DNA of 64,000 bases from Chrysomallon squamiferum (Eukaryota; Animalia; Mollusca): positions 12,400,001 to 12,464,000 of the forward strand of contig CM022671.1 in NCBI GenBank assembly GCA_012295275.1. The letters are read 5' to 3'. The notes under the pieces were generated by a model that saw nothing but the letters and a program-made list of their open reading frames with translations, did not search any database and had not been told where the DNA came from. This document shows positions 1 through 14,300 of this stretch, piece by piece. A program made the translations under genes and the position numbers. The stretch's first letter is position 1. Every line of letters begins with the position of its first letter.

Positions 1-58
1 AACTGAAAAAGCATTTATGACATGTTTGTCACTAATCTAAATGCCATCATTATTTCAG

Positions 59-826
59 AAAATATCTGCAGCTGTTGGAGCTGTGTACCTTGTTGCTAGA
101 ATTGCCTATGCCACTGGCTACTATACTGGAGGTAAATATTTGTGAGAAATGCTAAATTACAGAAATGTTACTTTGATGAACAGTATATTATTCCCTAAAA
201 TCTGGCCTAATTCTATTTAAAATTTAATATAAATAATTGCACATTAATTGGAAATCTGTATTCTGTGTGATGGAGTAAATACTTGGTGAAATGTTTTGTA
301 AAATCATTATTTTGTGTTGAAAATTCAGATCCTGCAAAGAGAAGACGAGGGACCTTTGGACACTTTGCTGAATTGGTTCTCCTTGGCAATGTCATTTCCT
401 TTGCCTGCCACCAGCTGAAATGGGTACCATTTGGTAAATAATTCTTAAAGTATGTTTCTTTTTATATATTCATTTATATACTGTAAATAGCAATACAGTG
501 TATAAACTGAGGAAATGTCTTAAAAATCTCTTCACAGAAAAATAAAGTTAAAATTACAACTGTAATTAGGTTCAAAATTGTTGTGAGTATTTAGTTAAGT
601 TTATAGTTTTATTAGTTATAGTAGTAGTAGAATAGTTGTAGTAATAATAGTGAAAACACTGTTACATATATTAAGATAAATAAAAAAATTATTAATCATT
701 TATTAGTGATAATACAGATTGACATAATCTTTTAAAGTTATCATGAGATGAAAATAATTATTTTATTACTATTCATTTTCTGTTTTCCTTTATTGTTCTT
801 CCCCAGGTAAATGCACACGTTGCTAG
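59..826 (+). CDS. MGST3: Microsomal glutathione S-transferase 3 (MAPEG family), 3' part; 5' exons lie upstream of the window
   Basis: Exons 59-131, 329-433 and 807-826 (GT-AG) translate to KISAAVGAVYLVARIAYATGYYTGDPAKRRRGTFGHFAELVLLGNVISFACHQLKWVPFGKCTRC*. The R-x-x-Y-A-x-GYYTGDP-x-KR-x-RG motif is typical of MGST3. Read-through of the last intron would stop at TAA 439-441. Confidence 0.9.
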
Positions 827-3800
827 AGATGTTTGTGCCTGCAGACCAGAGTTGTTTAATTCCACGTCATAGATGTTGTGCTTTTTTCTGCAAATGTACT
901 GCTCTTTACTGATTTTTAATGTTACCTCAGTACTTCTGTGAAAGAGTTATATACAGATTTTCAGTTTGGAAATATGAAAATGAAAAGCAATCTTTTTGAT
1001 TAAATTATATCAGGTTTGATAATAATTTTTCTCTAGCAGTATTAACATTCAAATTTTTAAGAATTTTTTGAACAATTATCTGTGTTGTGCACACATTTAT
1101 ATTTTCGAAAAACCATTAATTTACACTTTCAGGATTTTATTATTAGTGATCTATATAAAAGCTGTTTGGTATTAAAAATACAAAACACAGAAATAACTAA
1201 TGTCAGAATAAGCTTGAGTTAAATAAACATCAATTTCCAGTATATTTTAAATTTAGCTTTGACCTGTGTTTTGTACATATCTAATAGTGTATCATCTACT
1301 TGTATTTATATAACTACATCTTTGTAATATTATACAAGACAATTTTTGTTTTTGTTTTTTATAAGTACTATTGTGCTGTCTAACTTAATTGATGTTTTTA
1401 ACTGAAATATTTGATGTGACATCATACATCTGAAATTTTAAAATTTCCAATTGTAGTTGACAAAAATGTTTGATTATGAAATTGATTGTTACTTGCTTTT
1501 TCAATATTTCTTGTCATTAGTTAAATTATAAACAGTATTTGAAGACCAAACTTGGATATTTATCCTAATAAAAATTCTTAAATTCTTTTGATATGTATAT
1601 ATAAAAGTAGTCATTTTAATAATGTGAAAATACGTTGCCAAATCTGTCCTGAAGGACTGGCACCAGTAATAGGTTCTGTTTGTCTGAATTATGCAGACTT
1701 TGCAGTGAGTATAAGATGTTTGCTTTTAAGTAATTGTTTTGGTTCAATTACTGATTTAATGATCAGTCGGATTAAAACTGAGATAAACAAAACAAATTAT
1801 TTCTATGTTGTGGATTTACAGATTAAAAATGCAGTAAACTATTCTGGCCTGCAGGAAATGTTTTTCAAGAATGCAAGTATACAAACAAAAATCATTTGTG
1901 GCTTGAACGTTAATAGAATATTATTAGTCCTTAGTAAATGTTAGCAGTGTCAGATTTCATTTTTAAACTGAAAGTAACATGCTTGCTGAGCAGGTATGTG
2001 GTTGAGATGGCATAACAATAGTTTGGAAGTTTTGTTTAAATTTGTGACATTCCATTCCTTGCCAAGTAGTTAAATATTCTCTCTGTTTTCATAGCAACAA
2101 TTTATCTAATTTTATACTAGTTGTGAATTATTTAAATAGTAACAATCCTTTTTATACATTTGCTTCTGGTTTTAATAGCAAACTACATTTTTGTGGTAAC
2201 GTGCAAACATCTTTGTTGCTTGTATCCGTTTAATATTTATTGCTAATACATTTTTTTTTTCTTCCAGTGCATTTATGTATAAGTTTAATGTTGTGCACAA
2301 TTTGCTAAGCAGTTTATGTAACATCACATGTAAATTAATTATCTTGTCTGTGTAGTACTCTTATTTGGAGCATACCTGTGAATTTTACATCTTTTGCACA
2401 GTTCAGCTTTTTACACTTTTTCTGTAGATGCCAATAACTGTGGCAGAAAAGTAGAAATCCCCAATAAAATGTGAAAAAATGTATTGTTCTTATTTTTGGA
2501 AAATCTGATAAAACAAAAGCTTGGTGTGCTAATTCCTCATAAGTCTGAAGAAAGTTCTTGGAGTTCATAAAGCTCTGGCGCAACAACATTCTGGCTGTGC
2601 TAGGTGCACTCCTGTTGTCATGCATCATTTTTGTTATTTTATAAATTTTATCTTTTAAAACTAAATTTTCACGTTACAATATTATTTAAAAATAGTTGCA
2701 GTAAATGAGCTTTGATGTTGATGGACATCTTTTATATCTATTAGAAAAATTCATTTCTAGTTTGAGTGACTGCACCTTATTGTACAGTGACAGGTGCTCA
2801 CATTAAGTGGTGGATTTTTCAATATGTAGATGTGAGCATGATGAGGCTATTTTATCTTTACAGCACCAAAGGACTACAATTCTGACAAAACCAATATGAG
2901 GCTTGTTTGCAACTGCACTGTCATGTTTCATACTGAAAAGATAAATTTGTTCATGCTATGTTTAAAATTGCTAACCCTAACATTAGGCAAATCTAAAGCA
3001 GATTCAGCTGCTGAATATGCCTTTACATTGGCTCTAATGGCAAGGCAAAACAGAACATTTTTACTGGCATTATCCAGATTCATGTTTTGTAAAGCTTGGA
3101 ATCATAAAATAATAAATTTAGATTCACTCAAATAGCATTTAGCCTCGCAACAGACTTTATTATTTGTTATCAAATGCATTATGTGTTTTGGCAATGATTT
3201 AATTTTTAAACTTGGCACATCAAGTGCATTGTATGTGGATGTCATTCTAGATGCACAAAACAGCCTAAATTTTATCATTAAACATAACAAATTTTCATAT
3301 TAAAGTTTTATTATGTTCATTCAGCACTGCAAGCAATGTACAATAAAAATATTAAATAATTGGGAGTCTTAAACACTGTACCCAGCTAGTATACTTATCT
3401 GCTTTGTATCTGCTATAAACTAGTTCTTACCAAAATTAGTTTAGATGACCAGTGAAGAGGTCAGTTAAAAAAACTTCTCCAACTTATTATTTTAAATCAT
3501 CTCTTTTCAAAGATTATTTACTATTATTAATACATAACTTCTGTAGCTTAATGACAACAGATCAGAATTCATTAACTCAAATGACCAGTGGAACAGTTTT
3601 AACTTAAATCATTAAAAATATTCTTTAAGAATGCCATATGCATATTCATAGAATCTGTATAGAATATGTGTATGTATAGAATATGAATATGTATAGAATC
3701 AAAAAAGACAAAGGATAAAAAAAAATTGTTAGTTTTAATAGATTTGTGATTGTAAAAAAATGTATAAAAATTAAAGTAATACAGTTATAATATTAAAGTG

Positions 3801-5353
3801 ACAAACTAAATGCAGCTAATTAATATATCTGCATTTTAACTTTCCTTCTTATCATCACTTGTGTATGAAGTGAATTTAGTTCTTTTACCTTATGATAAAT
3901 ATGTAAAAAAAAACACCAATTCATCAGAACATAATTGGGACTTATTTAAAAGCTACATTCTTTTTTTAATGCTAAATAATAAATCCCAAACTTTTTATCA
4001 GATCTTGTAATAGCTACCAAATGAAAGCATGAAAAACAACTAGTATTACTTTTATAAGCTAGCTTTAATTTGTTTTTAATTTGTATTTGGTGACAAATTT
4101 CTGGAACAGTATTTGCTCATACATTCTGTTATTTAAATTAAGAATGTCTGGATAATGTTATTTATCCCCCTTATTAAATGTTATATAATTTGTATTCTCC
4201 AGCAGATACACTATCATAGTACAACAGAGGCAATTTGAAACAAGTAGTAAATATTCATTTAACAAATAATTCTAAAACATTCCTTGTACATTATGTTTTG
4301 CATATAACCATACTAAACATGTAAAGATACAGTTCAATGCAGATTCCTTCACTGAAAATATTTACACTTATCCAGTGTTTATGAAATGTGTACACACACA
4401 TACACACACACACACACCAAAACAAACAAGTTAATAAAGTGCTACAATTCAGTGAAGATTAATACCATGAAATAAATATTGAGGGTTACACGAATGTTTT
4501 GTTCTGGTTTTGGGGGGATTTTTTCATTTTACTTTGTGACAAATAAAATACTTAATATCTATTCCTTACATGTGAAAACAAGCTGCTGCTGCTCCACTCG
4601 TATCCATTTTACTTAACAGTCAGATTTATCAGCTGTAGTGAAAAAAGTGAATGATATATTCATCTTCACAAATTATAATTTATCTCAGTATTTTAGTTTT
4701 CACCACAACCTGACAGCCACTAATGACCATTAATACCACAGAAATCACCTGGCTTGATACATATGCCAATAAGATTCTTCGTTTTTATGATCAAATTCAA
4801 ATATTGAAGATTATGATATTCTGGATGAGTTCCTGTAACTCCTTCTCTTAACAGTCGTTACATTATCATCATTAAAAAAATACCAGTTGATTTTTTTCAC
4901 CAAACAAGATGAAATAAACATTTCTTTATTGTTACTGTCTGTTTCAAGTAATTTGTTTCACAAGTTATCCTTGAAGTAGTTAGTGAAAAACTAGTAAAAT
5001 TATTTTGTTTTTATAAACAATGAAGCCATAATCAGCTAATTCATTTGAGGCACCTGAAAAGAAAATATTAAATAAGATAAAAGTTGTGATCATGTGTTTC
5101 TCAAGACAAACGTCTTCACACTAGAATGTTACATATTTCAATGACACTGAGACAATTATGTCATATCTTTCACTTTCACTGAAATAAACACAAAAGTATA
5201 TGAAAATTTAACATCATTTGATTAATTAAAATGTATTACTACAATTACAGTTTCTTGACTTTTTGTAGAATTACATCTTCCTGAGATTTCCTCCACATAC
5301 TCCTCAAGTCAATTGCACTGTCATCTTAAAGCTTGTCCAGTTATTAAACATAT

Positions 5354-8300
5354 TCACAGTTTTAGGCTGTGAAGATACTGAATCTTGTAGTTAACAAGGT
5401 CTATCATTTCTCGTGCAGACTGCTGGTAACTTCTTTCAACTTTACTCCACATCTCCTTAGCAACTTCCTCACTGTGCTCCACAAAAACCTGAAATCAAAA
5501 TAAATCAATTAATATTCATTTAACAACATTCAACTGTCTAAATATTTTCATGGTCATGCCATGTGTTTTTGATTTGAATATAATGAATATTCTTTTTAAC
5601 ACTTACTTCCAATTAGAAGAATGGTTTTGTTTATGATCATTAGATGCAAATGGCATCAGTTTGGTTTTACTGTTCATTAAGTTTATTTTGCATTGCCGTT
5701 TGTCAAAATTAAAAGCATGTTACTAATGAAATACTCATTCAGTCAGCATGTCAGTATCTGTACTAATATGAAGGCACTTCTTGGATTTTTAACTGCAAAT
5801 ATAGTGGCTTGTTGTAAATTGCAAAATTACCTCTAATTATAATTTTAGAATTTCATGCAAGTTATATTGTTGACTTGTATATTTTTTAAATTATCGTCTG
5901 CTTATAAACTTTCAGACAATAACCAAAACAGTCAAAAGTTATGAAATATTTCGAGTATGTCTGTGGTATTTTGCAAGTAAAGATGCTGTTAACAAGTGAA
6001 TAAAAAACCTTTTGTCAGCCTTTGTGACACAAGTTCAAATATTAAAGGAACGAAAAACTAATTTTTGATTAACACCAAAGAAGAAATTCTGGACTTCTTT
6101 AAATGATCTTTTTCTCATGGTGCACCATCTGACATACATTCACAAATATCTAGTTGTATCAGTAATCAAATGAGAACAACATAATGGAACACTATTATTC
6201 AGCTTCAACAGTAATGTTGTTGTAATTCTTCTGACACACAATGTTAGCTGGTATTAAAAGTAAAGAACTAGTTAAAAAAAAACAAAAAAAAAACATACAG
6301 ATGAATAAATAAAAAAGATTAAAAAAAAAAAAAATACTGACACAATGAAATAAATTTGGGGCACAGACTTAGAGAATATTTTTTTACCTGGTCATTATCT
6401 GATACAGGTGTCAGCTGAAGAGAGCTAAGATCAATGCTTAAAAAGACAGGGTCTGAGTTTTTAACTGCTTCATTAAGATCTTTCCCTGTCTGAATGAGGC
6501 CTGACACAAGCCCACTGAAGTTTGAAAATATACAAGGCTGAAAAAAACCAAACAAAGAAACCCCAACAATTTTAAAACAATTTTTCAGTAACATGTTGAC
6601 ATAATTTAAAAAAAAGAAATCAATTTCATTTAGCAGTGCTTATTTTGTTTGTCTTAGTGTGTATTAAACATTATTTCAGTTATAATTTAAATAAACTGGA
6701 TCAACAGAATGAAAAAAACAAAAAACAAACCCACTCTTTAATTAAAAAGTAATTAAATAAAAATGTTCCATAATATGAACGAATGAACATTTGGTTAGCA
6801 GAATTTAATTAGAAAGGAATTTTTTTTTAAATTTAAGTGTTTGTGTGTATTTAAACATATATTTTAGTTTTATTATTTCATTTATTTTTAATAATGTTAT
6901 TACTGGCACCATCTACTTGCACAATATCTTCGTTTTTAAATTAATAAAATTTATTATAACAAAAGATTTACTGGTATTGTACCTGAACTGGATTGACATC
7001 TTTCTTTTTTTTCATCTTTCTGGACCATGATGACTTCAAAGGTTTTAGTAACCTTTGGCAGACCCCACAAAGAATTGTAGCATGAGCCAATGTCTGAAAA
7101 TAATATTAATGAATGTTTGAACACCTCAGCTTAAAATTACCCTGGCTTTGTGTCAGAAACTAGAAATAAAATTGATCAAAACCATTGTTTTTTCTTTTCT
7201 CGAGCAGATTTGACTGAGAACAGATGTTTGAAATACAAGTACTGGACAATACACACTTCAGTCTGTTTGTTATATCTATATAAATTAATATTAATTATAG
7301 TGTTTTCCTTTCTCATATTTTATTACCATGACATAAAATTTTGTAAGATGTTATCAAAGATTAACATATTTATTTGGTTACTATATATATATTTCTTGCT
7401 GGATAATTAATCTTTATTTTATCACTAAAACAGAAATGAACAACATCAACATATGAGGAGTTTTAAACATTGTAACTATAAATATTAAACAAAAGCATTT
7501 TATTCTGATTTTTTTGTGGTTACTAACTTTTCTAAAAGCAAAATAATGTAATCATCTCACCTCTGTACATAACACAAGTTTTTCGAGAATATCTGGTTTC
7601 ACTGAATTTGTATTATTATCAGTAGATAACAAGCTGCCTTGACATTTGGATATTATGCCTATAAAAATTTTAATAAAGCAAAAATTAACATGTATATATA
7701 ATAAAGAAAGGAAGAACCTAATAAATACAAAACAACCAAACTTTTATCCTGCATCCTCCCTATTTGGAATTTATTCATGTTTTCAAGAAAGAAAAAATAT
7801 TTCTCAAAGTATGGTGATACCATTAAAAATATACTAAACTGTGATATTCTTCTATTTATTAACCCTTAAATCTTTACTAATAATAAAGGCTTAAAATAAA
7901 GTAAAACTTGGAAGTTGCAACACTGCCTTTCATTGATCCACTTTTACTTGCTATCTCAGTAGGCCTATTTATTATTACGTTTTTACACGCTAAATAATGT
8001 CAGGAAAAGGAAGATGGAAACATTCACACATCATCACAGGCTTACTATGTTGGTTTGGTATTTTATACTTAGAAAGATTATGTCTAGGTAAACAAAACAA
8101 TCACTTTTAGCATTCAATAACTGTCAGCAACATGACACAATAAAGAAAAATCATACTTTTAAAAAGTCCTGGCACATCATGTTCTATTTTCTTTTCTTCA
8201 TATTCATCTAGAATAGAAAAAATTAAAATAGTATAAATAAGTTTTCTTTTACTTTCTGTTATCAACGTTTCTTTGTTGTTTTTTTTGATTTAGTACACAG

Positions 8301-11300
8301 ACAATTAAAAACCTGCACTCTTAAAAACTTGTTAAATTATAATATAAAAAGATGTAATGTTCAAAATAGATTAAGATTTAAAGCTCTTTATTAGTTAATC
8401 ATCTTTTAAAGACTACAAATGGGGTAATTAAAATTTTTAAAAAAAAAGGATAGAAAAGCCTGAAAAAGATATTTTATTCATCTCTACAGAAAATTGTGTT
8501 CTAAGTTTAGTCAAAACTGACAGGACTTCTGCACCAAGTTATTGGCATAGAAGTGTTATATTATTTTAACCTCTCAGAGAACCAGCAAAATTCTTATTTC
8601 ATCAGCTTACCTAAACCATTTTCTTGTACACTGTTTACATAAAGAACATGCTTCACCATTGTGGTGAGAACTCTGTGGTGTTCTCCCTGAAGATAAGATG
8701 ACATTCTTGTTGGATAAGGACCTTGAAAGGGATACTGGAACACAAACCAATTTACAAATTATTTGTCATTCTTTTGTTCTACAAAGTGCTTTTAAAAAAA
8801 TCAACACTGGACTTTATTTCCATAAAATTTGTTTTTTTGAAAAAACCCAGATCTTAAACAGCCAAATATTTAGACTACCAGATTTTTATGCTGAACATAA
8901 TTTAATAATACTGAAAAATCTGTGAAAACAGACTTAATTTTAGAGTTATTATCCTTGCTCATGTTTGTGTGAGGGTTGGACTCATTGTGTAACTCATTTT
9001 TCATTCTATGATATTTTGCTCATTGTTGAAATTCTTTCATGATCTGTTTTGCTGATTTGCTACTTGAACAATACATGTCATTTGTAAATTAGTTATCCCA
9101 TTAAAACCAACAACAAACATGGACCTTGTTAATTAAGAAGATGTAATTTCTGGAGTTGTTTTAATATGAATATAATAACATAAGGAAATTTTTGTTTCTT
9201 TGTGTGCAGTGCAAAAGAAATAAAATGTTTTTTAGTTATTTTTACCTATTTGTATATTTTATATTTGACTGGTACTGACTTAAGACTGGAAATCAACACA
9301 TTTTAACCCATTTGCTATGTTTGCTTTTCTTCAATATTTAATTTAACAATGTCCAAAATAACTAATTATTCATTTCAGTTTATCAGACACATTAGTTATT
9401 GGTAATGTAACACTATCTTGCTTTTAGCTATGCATCTAAATATCATAATTTTATTACAAAAAAATAAAAATAATAATATTGTTATTTGAACAGGGCACAT
9501 TTTTATTCAGGATATTCCGTAAACCATCTAACCATGGAGCATGACAAAATGCTCGTTGAAATTGTAAGTTGTTTTAAATAATAAAGAAACTCTCTTTAAT
9601 TGTATTAATTATTTCAGTCATAATCCCTATTTTATATTATTATTACTAATATACAAAAATAAAATATATATTTTAAGAAAGGATTATCAGAATTTTAATT
9701 TGTGCACCCTGTGATGCAATGAAATTTAAAAATCTATTATGTTAACAGAAATGAAGTCAATTTTAATATTACTATTTATTTAAAGTCCTATATTTACCTC
9801 AGCTGGGCTTATGTAAGACTGGCAGATGTCTACATGGGACTCTAGTTGTTTTAGCAGTTCCTGTATAACTTCAGGTAATGATGCAGGTCCATTGGTTACC
9901 CCATTCTTGTAACTGTTTTCACAAAACTGGTGTCCCAGCTTCACACAGGCAGCAAGCAATCTCAGAGTTAAATTTCTCAGTCTCAGCCAGGCTTTCTGTC
10001 AGGAACAAATGTAAAAAAACCAAAATTACTTACTGACTTGCATTATCTGTGATCATGCATGTATATTGAAATATGTCTGCTTGTTATACAAAATTGTTAA
10101 ATAAATACAAAAATAATAATTAAAATTATTTCAGGAAATTAACCTTTTCTAAGGAAATCTAGGTTAAATATATGACTCACCTCTTCCTTGAATGACTGTT
10201 GTTGTAGTTCATCCAAGTTAAATCTGTCAAAAAAAAAAAAAAATAAAAAAAATATAAATAAATTAATAAAAACCTAATTAATCAATCATTCATACATTAT
10301 TTCATGACCATATATTTGTTAATATCACAGCATTGACAAAATATTTATTCTGAGTTTTAAAAATAAGCAGATAATAATCTATTCACATCAACAATGTTTA
10401 ACATTATCTTTATTAGGTTTTTATATAGTGATGTAGAACATATAATAAAATCTAAAATAATCTCTTTATTATAATAATAATGATAATGGAGAATTCAAAA
10501 TATTTAAAAAATTAGAAATAATAAATCAAACCTTGAAGGTGGATCCCAGCAACTCATCACTTTATAATCTCTGTTATCACGAAGTTTATCAAAATTTGTT
10601 TTATCTGTAATAAACCGCATCTGTAACCATTATATTGAGTATAGGAAATACTAATACATTCAGACAATTCAATTTTTAGATAGAGTAACTGGGAACTGAT
10701 AATCTGAGTAAGATTATCAAATGTGTTAAAACCTCCAGAATTGTTCATTTACAATAATAAATGCAACATAGCTATAATACAACATATATGTTACAGGAAA
10801 TATGTATTATTAGAAAATGTGTGTAATTGCTGAACTGAATGTTATGAGACCACTAAAATGTTTTTTTCAGAATTCCAGTTTTCACAGCAAAATTAAGTGT
10901 TCCCCATTTGTGGCACTTCTGGGGTCTGATTCTTGCACTGGCCTGTTATTGTCTAGTCTCACTCATCAAATTCTCCACTTTGATAGCACTAACAGTCCTT
11001 TCATTTACTTGCAGCATCTGCTTTGCCAGTTTCCTTTAGTGATTCAGAATTTATAGATTTTTCTGAAATTTTCAGGAATTATCCATATTTTCTGAAATAC
11101 ACACACACACACACACACATCCCATAAATTTGTAACATATAAAAATCTCATAAATTAAAGTATTTGTATTGCTATTTTAAGATTTGTTTCTGAAGTGTAT
11201 CCTGCATAATAAATACTTTTTATTTAAACAGTTTGAAACTATTACCTTGTTCTGGATCTATTTCCATGTATGTAATCATCTGCTCTGTACTCGAATGGCT

Positions 11301-14300
11301 GAAATAGAAAAATTAAAGATAAAATATTCAAATTATATAGATAAACACAAAATTAAAAAATTGTTTATAATGAATTATCTAGTTAAACCGTATTCCATTT
11401 TTAATGATATGATACAAGTTAAAGTTTGTTCTGTACCACAGCAGAATACCGTACAAGCCTGCACAGAAGAAAAAAACCTTACACTTCCCAGTCAGATTAA
11501 ATGACAAAATGCTAGTCTAGTCAACTATGTTAAGTAAAGCTAACCATGGAAAGGTTCTTACTTGTAAGTGTCTAAAATGAGATCTAGTAACAGTCTTTCA
11601 GCAGTGGCACTTGCGTACTGTATAGAATCTTGTAACTTTTCCCGGAATTTTACAAATTCACATATCTGAAATGGAAAATAATGAAAAACAGAATCTTTTT
11701 TCTTTTATGTATTACAGTTTATTTACAAAACAATAATTTATGTTAAAAATGTACTGACATGTTAAAAAAAATATGTATATATTAATGCAAAATAAAACTA
11801 AATTGTTTTCTTCATTATTACTTTAAACCTTGATTAATAACATGTACATAGAAAGAACAAAATAAGGCCCAGAATATTATGCTGTTAAATCCTAAACAAT
11901 ATTGGTAAGAAACATTATGTTAAAGATTACAAAAAAATTCAGCCAGCCCATGAAATAACCCCAAGAACATGATCTTACCTTTCCAAAGGATCCATATTTG
12001 TATGAAGATAAAAGATATTCTGTTGTCTGAAAAGCAGTACATAAAAACAATAAACACCATGTAAAATTTTATTACACTTGTACTTATTTACCAAAAACAC
12101 AACTATTAGTATAAAGAATTATTAGTATTATTTTTTTTAAAGCTCATCATAACAATTTCAATCTTCTAAAAAAGATGTAAGAAAACAATTTACCTCTTTG
12201 TGATTGACAGTGAAAAAACGTAGCATTGTACCATACATAGCACAGGCTGCAACAAAATGACCAAGTCTTCCTACATGACTGGACACAGTATGACTAAAAT
12301 AATGTAAAACATGCAAAATGTTGAAGTGTTGTAAACAAGGAATATATCAAAATAAATGATATAAAAATAATAACAAAATTTATAAAAAGCAAAAAAACAA
12401 AAACAAATTATGTACCTAACTGAAGTAGCTGACAGGAATAAGAATTGAAAATGGTAATAAAATATTAATAATTACTTTTGTTGTTATCAAAATAAAAATT
12501 AATAAAATTAAACATTTAAAAAAAATATTAATAATAGAATAGAAATAAAAAGCTAAGTAATGTGAACAGAAAAAGATTGTTATTGTACATGCTAACTTTA
12601 CCCTAGAGTGTCGTTCATTATGTGTTTTATTTCCATCCCATCATACAAAGCAGGACAAGGTCCAAATGCACCTGCAACATTATTAACAATAATTAATACC
12701 TTGAGTTCATAATTACAGAATGTTTAAAACCAAAAAACATTTTAAATGTCTACAAATTAAAACCTTAAAATCTTAATATATACATCCAGAAACTAAGTTT
12801 TATTTCGTTTGTAAATTATAACTTGTTATTTGAAATCAGTGTTATTTTTTGATGAATGAGCTTGACTGTTGTGTGGAAACTATGCCAAAAAAAGTTTTAA
12901 ACACAAAATCAACACATACTCATTGAGCAATACAAGCGGATTAATAGCAATTTTATTTGAAAGTTTGCCTGTGACTGTCTCATTCCCTGCTCCAGTTCTA
13001 TCACAACTTGCCAGATTAAATTTAGAGAACCTAGTATAGAAAATAAAAACATTTTTAATTCATTTTGTTCCTAATTACAAGAGAAAAACATATAAAAAAT
13101 ATACCACAATATTAAAAATAATTAGATGCTTTATGTATGTGAGTAAGCTGGGATTGCTGAAACAAACAATTCTGTTCTGAAGTATGAAAATGATGCTTAT
13201 CTACTGAAAAGGAATTGATTTTCAGATATTGGTATATTTGTTAGTGTAGTCACATATTACTGTTATGCTGTTGTAACATCAAAAAACTAATTATATAATT
13301 GTACAGCAGGTATTAATATAGAACCCTGTCAATCTCACTGATTAAGAATAAAAAAAATGATGCTTTTGTGTCTGCAGTATGTCCTACCTACCCTCACCAT
13401 ATCTGCATTAATCTGACTCTGAAATGTCGTGGTATGCATTCCCATGAATGAAATATATTCACATCTGTATAAAGTGAATAGGAATGTTAAAACTATGGGG
13501 CTAAAATGTAAACAAAAGCACACTATCTCTGTAAAGACTGATCACAAGGCTGACTGGCTTAGTTAGTGCATGGCTTTTGAACCCTATCTGGTTTGTTATT
13601 AACAGACTAAACAACAGAATGGATGGTGACATCAACCTAGCACTCAGCTTGCTTAATGATGCAGATGGCAATGTGGTGCTGGCTGAATGTATGACAACAA
13701 ATGCATGACCCAATTAGTGGACACATATTGGATGGTTAATTTTCTATGGATCTGATACAAGCAGTCAATTATTTCTGTAAAAAGATTTATGATGTATAAC
13801 AAGAAAAAAAAAAAAAAAAAAAAAAGGTATTGCCTTTTTTTGTCCAACTGTTGCTGTTTCAAGCTCTGGTCAGTAAAATTACACACTTTCAACCAAAATA
13901 AAAACAGAGCATTGGAAAGAGGAAATGTTTCTTATTGTGGTACACATTACATACTTCTTTGAAAAAAAAATGTGTCTGTGCCCAGCTGCAGAAGGAGAGC
14001 AATTTTTGCTAATTCAGGCTATACATGCAGCTGCACAGTGCAAGCACCAATACCTACCACTGTACCTAATTTCCCCTTGGTAGGATCTGTTTTTATATTG
14101 ACAATTTAAGAAATTAGTTTATTAGCCTTTAAAACTGTTTTTCTCAGGTGAGCATTTCAGAAAATCATATGCCTTTTCTTTAAAAAACCCACAATAAACT
14201 GCAGCTAATACAGCAAGACATTTATGCTTCGCACTGCTGTAGACCTAAAACAAAAAAATTCTTATATGTGGTACCTATAACTAAAATAGTTATTTTCCTA

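Noticed and set aside
2085-2098. X-box-like GTTTTCATAGCAAC
   Set aside because: It lies downstream of MGST3 with no nearby gene start or ciliary gene, so it is probably a chance match.
1588-3290. ORFs of 62-118 aa between MGST3 and NAA25
   Set aside because: No recognisable motifs or splice structure; the region is consistent with convergent 3'UTRs and intergenic DNA.
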